64,000 nucleotides of DNA from a virus (Duplodnaviria > Caudoviricetes): IMG/VR virus record IMGVR_UViG_2974727265_000001, positions 35,495 to 99,494 of that record. The stretch is one strand, 5' to 3'. Below are positions 1 through 9,552 of this stretch, piece by piece. The stretch's first letter is position 1; each line of letters opens with the position of its first letter. A model generated the notes under the pieces. That model did not search any database. It was given only the letters and a program-made list of their open reading frames with translations, and was not told where the DNA came from. Both the position numbers and the translations under genes were made by a program.

Positions 1-1
1 A

Positions 2-214
2 GATGATGAAGCTAGACTTGCTAAGACATTAGTCAGAGTAGAGGAAAGAGAGATATTCAAAGTGTATTATAATAGAGGCAAGGCTAATTATAATAACAAA
101 TCATACTATGAGTTCAGTGTTAACAGGGACCTCAAGAAGAGACTCAAGCAGAGAATCAAAGAGGGTAAGATAGAAGCAATGTACTTAGATAAAAACAAAA
201 GATATGCTGAATAA
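2..214 (+). CDS. 3' part of a conserved crAss-like IHF/HU-like protein (truncated by window edge)
   Basis: Open frame from base 2 (DDEARLAKTLVRVEEREIFKVYYNRGKANYNNKSYYEFSVNRDLKKRLKQRIKEG...YAE*), TAA at 212-214 overlapping the next ATG; IHF-like genes precede the tail tubular gene in crAss-like phages. Confidence 0.5.
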   Translation, partial: DDEARLAKTLVRVEEREIFKVYYNRGKANYNNKSYYEFSVNRDLKKRLKQRIKEGKIEAMYLDKNKRYAE

Positions 215-902
215 TTTCAATTATATAAACATCAGAGAGATAGCCAGCAGGTTAATGAGACATCCTCTCATGCAGGACTTAACTCTGGAAACTGTGATAC
301 AATATACAGTAGACTTCATTGGTGTTGTTGGTCTCAACCCTGTATACTTTGATAAGGTAGAGGAGTTAGAAATCAACAACTATAGAGCAGCTTTACCTTG
401 TGACTGTGTATCTATAGTACAGGTTAAAGATAAGAAGAGTAATGTATGTCTGAGATCATCTACAGACTCATTTCGTACTAAAGAAGCAAGAGGTCATTTA
501 CATAGGGAAGAGAGTACATTCAAGACTCAGAACAGTGTAATCTATACTACATTTAAGGAGGGTAAGATTGAAATAGCTTATAAGGCTATACCTGTTGATG
601 AGGAGGGTATTCCTATGATTCCTGATAACTCTAAGTTCTTAAGAGCATTAGAAGCTTTCATTAAGAAAGAGTGGTTCAGCATACTATTTGATATGGGTAA
701 GATTCAGCCAGCTGTACTACAGAATATACAACAAGAGTATGCATGGAGAGTAGGTCAAATGAATATGGAATTTACATTACCTTCTGTATCAGAGATGGAG
801 TCTATCAGCAATATGCTTAATCAGCTTATACCTAGAACTAATGAGTTCAGAAAGGGATTCAAGAATCTAGGTAATAGAGAATATATGAGAGACCAAAGAT
901 AG
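204..902 (+). CDS. tail ring / tail tubular protein (P22 gp4-like, crAss Ttub)
   Basis: 232 aa ORF directly upstream of the large muzzle gene; size and C-terminal segment (IAYKAIPVDEEGIPMIPDN..FLRALEAFIK) resemble crAss ring proteins. Confidence 0.7.
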   Translation: MLNNFNYINIREIASRLMRHPLMQDLTLETVIQYTVDFIGVVGLNPVYFDKVEELEINNYRAALPCDCVSIVQVKDKKSNVCLRSSTDSFRTKEARGHLHREESTFKTQNSVIYTTFKEGKIEIAYKAIPVDEEGIPMIPDNSKFLRALEAFIKKEWFSILFDMGKIQPAVLQNIQQEYAWRVGQMNMEFTLPSVSEMESISNMLNQLIPRTNEFRKGFKNLGNREYMRDQR

Positions 903-910
903 GAGGAGAT

Positions 911-3900
911 ATGATTAAACAAGAGATACATCAAATCAGGGGTATGCAGAGGGACTTAACTGTAGCTAAGTTTAGTCCTGAGTTTGCTTTTGATGCAATG
1001 AATATAAGAATAACAGCCAGAGAGAATGATACTCTATTGGCTGTTACTAATGAGAAGGGTACTCTGAATATCCCTCTTCTCTCTAATGGTGAGCCTGCTG
1101 AGATACTAGGTGTAACATTAGGTTATTGTGTAATCAAGAACTACATTACTGTGTTTACTAAAGGTGATGTAGATAGGATATACAGGATAAATAGGGATGG
1201 AGATATATTCAACATTGTTACATTGTTTGAAGGTGATTTGAACTTTAATACAGACTATCCTATCCAAACTCTTGGCTCATATGAGAATGATAATATTCAG
1301 AAGGTATATTGGGTAGATGGTATTAATCAACCTAGAATGGTTAATATAGTAGCTGACCAGGGTGAATATAATAGCCCTGATAAGTTCAACTTCATTAGAG
1401 ATGTCTCAGTTAACTACACTGTGAATGTAGAGAAAGACCCTAATGGATCAGGCAGCTTTCATTCAGGTGTGATTCAGTATGCCCTTTCCTATTATGTTAA
1501 GTATGCACAGGAGAGTGCTGTATTTTATGCTTCTCCATTACTATATATTAGCCCTGAGGGTAGAGGTGGCTCACTTGAGGAGATATGTAATTGTACATTC
1601 AAGGTAACTATTAATGATGCTGATATTAACTTTGATGGAGTTAATATATACTCTATTCAAAGAACATCATTAGATGCTACTCCAACAGTTAAATTGATTA
1701 CCAGCTTACCTATTGTTAAAGGGCAGGAGCTTATATTAGGTGTACCTTATATAGGTACTGGAAGTGTAACTGGAGTTACAGAAGAGGGTCTACAGGTATA
1801 TAGGAATAATACACTCACACCTTTAAGTAATTATCCATTTACCACTGACTCTGAAGGAAATAAGGTATGGTCATTCACCTTCAATACAGGAACTGATGGT
1901 ATATTCAATGCTACTTCTGGTGTTAATATGTACAATGCCAGTTCAATGACTGTGAGAATTGGACCTACTAAGAATGAGATAACCTTTCCTACTAACACAT
2001 ATACTGATTGGAGCTGTAGATTAAGTACTTCCAAGACTATATCATTTGTAGATAATGGCAGTGTAGGTACAACTATAGACCCTACTGAGTTGTTATATAA
2101 GGGGGGTGAGGAGGTTATTCCTTATACTATTACACAGAAGGATAACACACTATTTCTTGGTAACTTGACATTAAAGAGAAGGTCTATTCCTGAAGATATA
2201 AGAGCAGAAATCAAGAACCTTAATGTAGGCTCTGGTAGTAAGAATTCAGTATATGTCAATAATAGCAATAATGCTATTTATCCATATAAAGGTTATCTTA
2301 ATCTTGATAGTCAACAGGCTACTTCTTTTAAGACAGGAGAGACATATAGACTTGGTTTAATAGCCATGCATAAGACTGGTAAGTGGTCAGAAGCTTTGCC
2401 TATCAGTGATGAAGTGATGACTAGTAGAGTCATTAATTCATTTGAGCAGTGGTATCAGTTAACACAGTTCAGTTCTCTTTTACCTGCAAGTTTATGTCAG
2501 GAGTTACTTGACTTAGACTATATAGCTGTTAAACCAGTAGTAGTATTTCCCTCATATTCAGATAGAACTGTACTATGTCAGGGTATTGCTTGTCCTACAA
2601 ACTATATTGGGGATGATAGGAAGAACAACTCTCCCTATGCCCAGTCTTCTTGGTTTGCAAGACCTAAATTATATGTAGATAAGAGTGTATATGATGTACA
2701 GGAAACTACAGTGCAAGGTACTATACCTAAATCAGGTCATGGTGATGTTGTTGGCAGCAAGACACCACAATCAAACAAGTACTCTATAGAAGTGCAATCA
2801 GCTGTAAGAGTGTTTGTAGATGAGAATATCTTCACATTCCACTCACCTGATATTGAGTTTGATGAAGCACTTAGACCATTGTTATCTAATGCTAAGATGA
2901 GGGTAGTAGGCTTAGCTAAGACTATTAGTAATGCTATTGATTACTCTATAGTTGGTGGAAACTACTTTAGGACAAGTCATACAACTAACTACCCATACTC
3001 AGTAGTAGAATATGATTATAGTAAGTTATATAATATCTATAATCCTCTAGGATATAGAAGATTAGTAGCTGCTCCATTATGGAGAGATGGTGTCATTGCA
3101 GTTAATAATAATCCTGAATCAGATGAAGTAGTTACTGATGATAGAGGTAGATTATACTCTGCACATATGACATTCCCTTGGCATAGAGATACCTCACTGA
3201 ATAATGACTTTAGAGGCTATGATGGTACTGCTATATTAAGAAAGAAGGTCATGTCTACCATGCTCTACACAAGTACAGAGTATCTTGGCTATACTAGATA
3301 TTATAACTTTGAGGAGGATAATGACACATATAGAACAGGTATTAGTGGTATAACTGTAGTAGACTCTAATGAGGTAACCATAGAGAGAATACCTGTACCT
3401 AAATATAGTACTGATTCAGAGCAAGCTGTTTATCAAGGTAACTATAATAGTGTAGTCATTAATACAGATGAGACTTCTGGTGCTATATCCAGTTATGCTC
3501 TTTATGGAGCTGGGACTAGTGAACAAGATGCTACAGCTAACTGGAACTTCTTCTACAATAATGAGTACATGGCAACTAGAACAGATGCTGGAGAATTTCC
3601 ATATCAGACTGATGGATGGATAACTTATCCAAAAAGGTTCTCAACAGATGGGGTTAGTATGAAGTACAAATCAACTGCCCATGCAGTTATAAGGTTCAAT
3701 AATAACAGGTTATATAATCCTGTGGTACTTCCAGCTATTTCTAGAGCTGACCAAGGTATTTATGGAACAGTTACTCCTAACTATCCTCCAGTATCTAATA
3801 CCATTACTATCAACTATAAGAGCAGCACTCAGCCTATAGGAGCTCTATCAGGTCAGAGGTGGTTCAAGTTAATAGGCTCAAATCAGTTCCAAGGTAATCT

Positions 3901-5572
3901 ATACCTGTTTACTAATGGTGCTTGGGAAGAGGTTGAATCACCTGTTATAGATGGTACTACATTATACTCATTTGCAGGCAATAACTATTATTTAGAGAAG
4001 AGGTCAACTAATAGTTACTACACTCTTATAACAAGAGATGATATTACTCCTTTCTATAAGGATGATATTAGTAGCCTGTTTAGTGCAAGTAGTACAGATG
4101 CTACTGCATTCCTAGTTACTGAGTTATACAGAGATAATATAGTTAATAGATTTGGAGGTGATACTGACAATGCTTATAGTAATAACATATGGCTCCCAGG
4201 AGGGAAGACTGTACCATTAACAACTAATGGAGTTACTATAGTATGGGAACAAGGTGATACCTTCTTCCAGAGGTATGACCACCTGAAGACTTATCCATTT
4301 GATGAGGAGAGTAAGAATAACATTGTTGAGATAGTGTCATTTATGTGTGAGACCAGAGTTAATGCAGATGGAAGATATGATAGGAATAGAGGACAGAAGA
4401 ACAATATGTCCATGACCCCCCAGAACTTCAATCTATTCAACCCTGTATATAGCCAGAAGGATAACTTCTTCACATATAACTATGCAGACTTGGATTTATC
4501 AGCACTGGATAACTTCCCTAACTCAGTTACATGGACTTCTGAAAAGACTAATGGAGCTATTACTGATGCTTGGACTAGAGTCAATATGGCATCTATACTT
4601 GATATGGATGGAGATAAGGGCGAGATTACTTCACTTAATACTCTTAACAATGAGATATACTGTTTTCAGGAACAGGGATTAAGTAATATCATCTTCAATC
4701 CTAGAGTACAGATTACACCTAGTGATAATGTACCTATTGAGATTAGTAATAGCTATAAAGTACAAGGCAAGAGGTATGTAAGTAACACTATTGGATGCAA
4801 TAACAAGTGGTCTATATGCACCACTCCAGCTGGTATATACTTTGTAGATAATATCACAAATACTCTATATCTGTTCAATGGGCAGGCTATTCAGCCAGTC
4901 TCTGATAAACTAGGATATAGACAGTTCATAGGTGCTAATAGTACTCTTGATAACTGGAACCCAGTTAACTTTAGTAACTTTAGGACCTTCTATGATAAGA
5001 CTAATAGTGATGTTTATTTCTCAAACAACAACACCAGTCTTTGCTATTCAGAGTTCTTACAACAGTTTATATCATTCATGAGCTATGAGCAGATACCTGC
5101 CATGTTCAATTATGATGATAAGTTCTACTCCATTAAGAACAATAAGCTGTGGCAGATTAATGGTGGTGACTACAATATGTTCTTTGATGAGTTTAAGCCT
5201 TATTCATTGACTGTAGTAGCTAATCAGGATGGTGGAATAGACAAGGTATTCAATACTGTAGAGTATAGAGCTGATATGTATGATGGTGATACATTCATGC
5301 CTGATGCTACCTTCAATAAGCTAGATGTGTGGAACAGCTATCAACATGGGCAGCTTACTCTAACTAACAAACTAGGACACCCTTCACCATTAAAGAGGAA
5401 GTTTAGGATATGGAGAGCTAATATACCTAGAGCTAATACAGAGATTAATGGTATCCCTGCTAATAACAGAGATAGAATAAGGAATGCCTGGGCATATGTC
5501 AAACTAACTATGGATCAAGAGAATACATATAGTATGAGGTTCCATGACCTTTCTATTGGGTACTACATATAG
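911..5572 (+). CDS. tail stabilisation / muzzle protein (P22 gp10-like, crAss Tstab)
   Basis: 1553 aa beta-rich ORF; N-terminal GMQRD..DAMNIRI, VYWVDGINQPRMVN, C-terminal DKVFNTVEYRAD..KRKFRIWRANIPR..RDRIRNAWAYVKL typical of crAss Tstab. Confidence 0.8.
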   Translation: MIKQEIHQIRGMQRDLTVAKFSPEFAFDAMNIRITARENDTLLAVTNEKGTLNIPLLSNGEPAEILGVTLGYCVIKNYITVFTKGDVDRIYRINRDGDIFNIVTLFEGDLNFNTDYPIQTLGSYENDNIQKVYWVDGINQPRMVNIVADQGEYNSPDKFNFIRDVSVNYTVNVEKDPNGSGSFHSGVIQYALSYYVKYAQESAVFYASPLLYISPEGRGGSLEEICNCTFKVTINDADINFDGVNIYSIQRTSLDATPTVKLITSLPIVKGQELILGVPYIGTGSVTGVTEEGLQVYRNNTLTPLSNYPFTTDSEGNKVWSFTFNTGTDGIFNATSGVNMYNASSMTVRIGPTKNEITFPTNTYTDWSCRLSTSKTISFVDNGSVGTTIDPTELLYKGGEEVIPYTITQKDNTLFLGNLTLKRRSIPEDIRAEIKNLNVGSGSKNSVYVNNSNNAIYPYKGYLNLDSQQATSFKTGETYRLGLIAMHKTGKWSEALPISDEVMTSRVINSFEQWYQLTQFSSLLPASLCQELLDLDYIAVKPVVVFPSYSDRTVLCQGIACPTNYIGDDRKNNSPYAQSSWFARPKLYVDKSVYDVQETTVQGTIPKSGHGDVVGSKTPQSNKYSIEVQSAVRVFVDENIFTFHSPDIEFDEALRPLLSNAKMRVVGLAKTISNAIDYSIVGGNYFRTSHTTNYPYSVVEYDYSKLYNIYNPLGYRRLVAAPLWRDGVIAVNNNPESDEVVTDDRGRLYSAHMTFPWHRDTSLNNDFRGYDGTAILRKKVMSTMLYTSTEYLGYTRYYNFEEDNDTYRTGISGITVVDSNEVTIERIPVPKYSTDSEQAVYQGNYNSVVINTDETSGAISSYALYGAGTSEQDATANWNFFYNNEYMATRTDAGEFPYQTDGWITYPKRFSTDGVSMKYKSTAHAVIRFNNNRLYNPVVLPAISRADQGIYGTVTPNYPPVSNTITINYKSSTQPIGALSGQRWFKLIGSNQFQGNLYLFTNGAWEEVESPVIDGTTLYSFAGNNYYLEKRSTNSYYTLITRDDITPFYKDDISSLFSASSTDATAFLVTELYRDNIVNRFGGDTDNAYSNNIWLPGGKTVPLTTNGVTIVWEQGDTFFQRYDHLKTYPFDEESKNNIVEIVSFMCETRVNADGRYDRNRGQKNNMSMTPQNFNLFNPVYSQKDNFFTYNYADLDLSALDNFPNSVTWTSEKTNGAITDAWTRVNMASILDMDGDKGEITSLNTLNNEIYCFQEQGLSNIIFNPRVQITPSDNVPIEISNSYKVQGKRYVSNTIGCNNKWSICTTPAGIYFVDNITNTLYLFNGQAIQPVSDKLGYRQFIGANSTLDNWNPVNFSNFRTFYDKTNSDVYFSNNNTSLCYSEFLQQFISFMSYEQIPAMFNYDDKFYSIKNNKLWQINGGDYNMFFDEFKPYSLTVVANQDGGIDKVFNTVEYRADMYDGDTFMPDATFNKLDVWNSYQHGQLTLTNKLGHPSPLKRKFRIWRANIPRANTEINGIPANNRDRIRNAWAYVKLTMDQENTYSMRFHDLSIGYYI

Positions 5573-5580
5573 ACTTCATA

Positions 5581-5620
5581 AGACCAGATAAACTAATTTA
5601 GTTGTCTGGTCTTTCTTTTT
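5581..5620 (+). terminator. intrinsic terminator after muzzle gene
   Basis: AGACCAGATAAACTAA-T-TTAGTTGTCTGGTCT hairpin followed by TTCTTTTT. Confidence 0.75.
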
Positions 5621-5630
5621 TAATTAATTG

Positions 5631-5664
5631 CTTGTGTATGTGTAGGAATTTACTTACTTTTGCA
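5631..5664 (+). promoter_or_regulatory. Bacteroidetes sigma-A-type promoter for the cargo operon
   Basis: -7 element TACTTTTG (TAnnTTTG) at 5655-5662, CTTG 20 nt upstream; ATG at 5682. Confidence 0.6.
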
Positions 5665-5681
5665 CTAAAAGATTTAATAGT

Positions 5682-8180
5682 ATGGCTAAAAGAAAACATA
5701 ATAAGAGGGTTGTACCTATAGTAATAGAGGACTCTAACCAATATTTATTAGGTGGAGTGCTTGGTGGTTTATCTTCTATGGCATCTAATGCTGTATCTGG
5801 TGGCAAGTCTACTGGAGTAGGTGGAGCTATGCAGGCTGTAGGTAGTTTAGCCTCTAACATCCCTGGCATTGGTGGAGTTATTGGTGCTGGTGTCAATGTA
5901 CTTGGAGGTGTAGTTAATAACCTATTTGGAAGTAAATTGAATGATGAATTCATTCAAGAAACTGAAGCAGGTGCAGCTGATTTAAGAGATACTAAGATTG
6001 ATGATAGTACAGTCCAATCAGTATTACAACAGCAAGGAGATATAAGAGGAATGGGTACTGTATCTAAAGACCAAGTAGGTAAGGATGGAGTATTCAGTAA
6101 TAAGGCTGCTAAGAAGACAAGACAGCTTAATAAGAAGATAGCTGATGCTAATACTGTACTTAACTTAAACATGAGTCAGGCATTTGATAATGCAAATGAA
6201 CTAGAAGATTTAAAGACTATGGGAACATATTCAGCATATGGTGGACCACTCTTTGATGAGGGAGGTGGTATTCACATTAAAAAGAAAAACAGAGGTAAGT
6301 TCACTGCTTATTGTGGTGGAACTGTAACTGATGCTTGTATTAGCAGAGGACTAAATTCTGATAATCCTACCACCAGAAAGAGAGCTAACTTTGCAAGGAA
6401 TGCCAGAAAGTGGAACCATGCAGAAGGAGGTTACTTATATGAAGATGGTGGTGGCATACATATCAAAAAAGCTAATAGAGGCAAGTTTACAGAGTACTGT
6501 GGGGGTAAGGTTACTTCTGAATGTATTGCTAGAGGTAAGAACAGCAGCTCTCCAGCAGTAAGAAAGAGAGCTACATTTGCTGCTAATGCTAGGAAATGGA
6601 ATAAAGCTGAAGGTGGATTCTTGGATGATTATGACAAGCCAATTCCAGGAGTAATCTATAATGGTGCATATGATTCAATCTCTGAATACCCTGACATGTT
6701 TACTCATGGTGGTGTATTTAGTGATGGAGTAGTTAGAGTAGGTGAAGGAGATTCACATGAGAATAATCCTAGAGGGGGAGTACCAATGGGTATTGCTCCT
6801 GATGGTCAACCTAACTTAGTTGAAGAAGGTGAAGTAGTATTCAATGACTATGTATTCAGTAATAGACTAAAGGCAGATGATAGATTACTTGAAACATTTA
6901 ACTTACCTTCTAAGTATAAAGGAAAGACCTTTGCACAGATAGCTGATTCTATCAATAAAGAGCCTAGTGAGAAGCCTAATGACCCTATTAGTAAAAGAGG
7001 TCTTAATGCTAGTATGTCTAAACTAATGCAAGCTCAAGAGGCACTCAAGGAAGCTAAGAATAGAAGAACTAATGGCAGGCAGTTTGCAGATGGTGGACCA
7101 TACAAGACATATAAGAACTTCACTAATATTGGTGATGACTGGTATACAGATGACTATATGGGATTTGTTGATTCACTGCAAGAAGGTGACCCTGATTCTA
7201 TGAACTGGTTAAACAGAATCAACAGTGGAGAGTTTGGTGATATAGGTGGCAATACATTTACTGATATATCTGATATTAAGAGACTGGCTACTGATAGAAA
7301 GAAAGGTCCTGTACATAATGCAATGACTGCTGCTTCTACAGTTTACAATAATTCAAGAAGGAACCCAGGTCCTATGATAGATAACCCTATCAATCCCTTT
7401 GCTTCTCAACCTTCTGGTGTACCTACATCACTTCCTATGCAAGGATCAGCTGGTCCAATAGATGAAGGAGATGATGAAGAGAAGAGAGGAATAGGACTTG
7501 AGGCACTTAGATATGCACCTGCTGTTGGTGCTGGAGTAAGCCTCTTCAGTGATATGATGGGTCTTACTAACAAGCCTGATTACTCAGGGGCTGATTCACT
7601 TGAGGGAGCTATCAGATCAGTTAAACCAGTAGCTGGAAGAACTATTGGTAACTATCTTAGATATACTCCATTTGATACCAACTATGCTATTGGTAAGTTA
7701 GATGCCAACTCAGGAGCTACTAGAAGAGCACTAAGAGATAATGCAGGTGGTAATAGAGCTACAGCAGCAGCTAACTTGATTGCAGCAGACTATAACTATG
7801 GTACTCAGATGGGTGACTTATTCAGACAGGCTCAAGAGTATAACCAAGCACAGAGAGAAAGAGTTGAAGGCTTCAATAGAGGTACTAATCAGTTTAATGC
7901 TGAGTCTCTGAACAGAGCTGATGTAACTAACATGCAGGCTGCTCAACAAGCTAATGAACTAAGACTTAGAAAGAAGATAACTCAGGCTAATATGAGAGAC
8001 CAAGCTGATATGAGAAGCTCAACTGCCAGAAGTGCTAATCTATCTAACTTCTATGAAAGTCTAGGAAATATAGGTAGAGAAGAGTTCAGCAGAAATATGA
8101 TTGAATCTAATCCTGCTTTAGGTTATTCTATTGGCAGAGATGGTAGAGTTACTTACAAGAACAAGAAAAAGAAACAGTAA
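5682..8180 (+). CDS. virion cargo (ejection) protein 1-like
   Basis: 832 aa; Gly-rich hydrophobic N-terminal helices, GDSHENNPRGGVPMG..PNLVEEGEVVFNDYVFSNRL segment, Gln/Asn/Ala coiled-coil C-terminus; follows the muzzle gene as crAss cargo genes do. Confidence 0.7.
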   Translation: MAKRKHNKRVVPIVIEDSNQYLLGGVLGGLSSMASNAVSGGKSTGVGGAMQAVGSLASNIPGIGGVIGAGVNVLGGVVNNLFGSKLNDEFIQETEAGAADLRDTKIDDSTVQSVLQQQGDIRGMGTVSKDQVGKDGVFSNKAAKKTRQLNKKIADANTVLNLNMSQAFDNANELEDLKTMGTYSAYGGPLFDEGGGIHIKKKNRGKFTAYCGGTVTDACISRGLNSDNPTTRKRANFARNARKWNHAEGGYLYEDGGGIHIKKANRGKFTEYCGGKVTSECIARGKNSSSPAVRKRATFAANARKWNKAEGGFLDDYDKPIPGVIYNGAYDSISEYPDMFTHGGVFSDGVVRVGEGDSHENNPRGGVPMGIAPDGQPNLVEEGEVVFNDYVFSNRLKADDRLLETFNLPSKYKGKTFAQIADSINKEPSEKPNDPISKRGLNASMSKLMQAQEALKEAKNRRTNGRQFADGGPYKTYKNFTNIGDDWYTDDYMGFVDSLQEGDPDSMNWLNRINSGEFGDIGGNTFTDISDIKRLATDRKKGPVHNAMTAASTVYNNSRRNPGPMIDNPINPFASQPSGVPTSLPMQGSAGPIDEGDDEEKRGIGLEALRYAPAVGAGVSLFSDMMGLTNKPDYSGADSLEGAIRSVKPVAGRTIGNYLRYTPFDTNYAIGKLDANSGATRRALRDNAGGNRATAAANLIAADYNYGTQMGDLFRQAQEYNQAQRERVEGFNRGTNQFNAESLNRADVTNMQAAQQANELRLRKKITQANMRDQADMRSSTARSANLSNFYESLGNIGREEFSRNMIESNPALGYSIGRDGRVTYKNKKKKQ
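6261..6617 (+). repeat. tandem 62-aa (186-nt period) duplication inside cargo protein
   Basis: GGGIHIKKKNRGKFTAYCGGTVTDACISRGLNSDNPTTRKRANFARNARKWNHAEGG versus GGGIHIKKANRGKFTEYCGGKVTSECIARGKNSSSPAVRKRATFAANARKWNKAEGG. Confidence 0.9.
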
Positions 8181-8183
8181 CAT

Positions 8184-9551
8184 ATGGCAGGTAGATATAT
8201 AGTAAATAGTAGTAAGTTCCAACCTTTCTCTTATGCAGAGATGCTGGCTCCAGTACAGATGGCACAAGAAGCACATACAGCAGTTGAGGAAGGTTTAGGT
8301 GAACTTTCAGCTAAGGCAGGAGTATGGGATAAGTTAGCTAATCAGCAAACAGACCCTATAGCTTATGCACAGTATAAGGCTTATGCTGATGACTTGACTA
8401 AACAAGCAGACCTCTTAGCTAGACAAGGGTTAACTCCTGAGTCTAGAAGGGGTTTAATAGATATGAAGAGAAGATATACATCTGAAATAACTCCTATTGA
8501 AGTAGCAGCAGCTAAGAGAGAAGAGTTAACCAAAGCTCAGAGAGAGGCTATTCAGAAGGACCCTTCTCTTATGTTCAATGTAGACTATGGTGCATCATCA
8601 CTAGATGATTTAATCAATAACCCTAATCCCACTTATAATACTATAAGTGGTGCTGAGTTATCAAAAAGAGCTAGTATGATGGCAGCTAATCTTGCTAAGA
8701 CAATACAAGATAATCCACAGTATCAATCAATACTTGGAGGACAGTACTTCCAACAGATGCAACAATTAGGTTATACACCCCAACAGGTTATGCAGACTAT
8801 AATGAATGACCCTAATGCACCTAAGGAATTAAAGAATGTAGCTGATACTATATGGCAAGAAGCTGGTCTTGATGCATGGGACCAAGCTACTCAGGCAAGA
8901 GCAAGAGACTACATTAACTCTGGATTGTATGAAGCTATTGGCACACAGAAGTATGATACTCAAGGTAATAGAGGTTATATGACTGCTGCTGAGTCTAGAA
9001 GATTAGACCTTGAAGAGGAAAGACTTAAGATGCTTAAGGAGCAACAGGCATGGGCTAGAGAGGAAAAACAAGGTTATCTAATGAGTGATGGTACTAGAGT
9101 TAAACCTATTGGAGGTGGTAGGGTACTTGTAACTAACCCTGATGGTAGTTATGGTGGTATCCAAACAGCCTCAACTTCATCTGGTTCTAAGACTAAGGTA
9201 GCTAAGTCAGACTTATTTACTACTTTAGATTATACTGGAGGTGGATTTAGCACTCCAGGAGGGTCTGATAGATTCTCAGAATCTGATGCCAAGAAGATTA
9301 CCTTTGGTCAGTTAAGTCCTAAGGCAAGGAAGAAGCTGGTTGAAGACTTAGCTAAGTATGAACTCACACCAGAAGATGTAGATATATATGAGGATAGTGA
9401 TGTATTCTCAAGAAATCATTATAGAGTTGTAAGAAAAGGAGCTAGTGTATCTGGCGGTGGAATACCTGCACAAGAGCCTGCAAGCACTGAAACAGTGACT
9501 CCACAAGTTACAGATAGTGTCAGTTTTGATGTAAATATAGGATTAGACTAA
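8184..9551 (+). CDS. virion cargo/structural protein
   Basis: 455 aa helical ORF with N-terminal SKFQPFSYAEMLAPV motif, tightly packed between cargo genes. Confidence 0.6.
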   Translation: MAGRYIVNSSKFQPFSYAEMLAPVQMAQEAHTAVEEGLGELSAKAGVWDKLANQQTDPIAYAQYKAYADDLTKQADLLARQGLTPESRRGLIDMKRRYTSEITPIEVAAAKREELTKAQREAIQKDPSLMFNVDYGASSLDDLINNPNPTYNTISGAELSKRASMMAANLAKTIQDNPQYQSILGGQYFQQMQQLGYTPQQVMQTIMNDPNAPKELKNVADTIWQEAGLDAWDQATQARARDYINSGLYEAIGTQKYDTQGNRGYMTAAESRRLDLEEERLKMLKEQQAWAREEKQGYLMSDGTRVKPIGGGRVLVTNPDGSYGGIQTASTSSGSKTKVAKSDLFTTLDYTGGGFSTPGGSDRFSESDAKKITFGQLSPKARKKLVEDLAKYELTPEDVDIYEDSDVFSRNHYRVVRKGASVSGGGIPAQEPASTETVTPQVTDSVSFDVNIGLD

Positions 9552-9552
9552 T

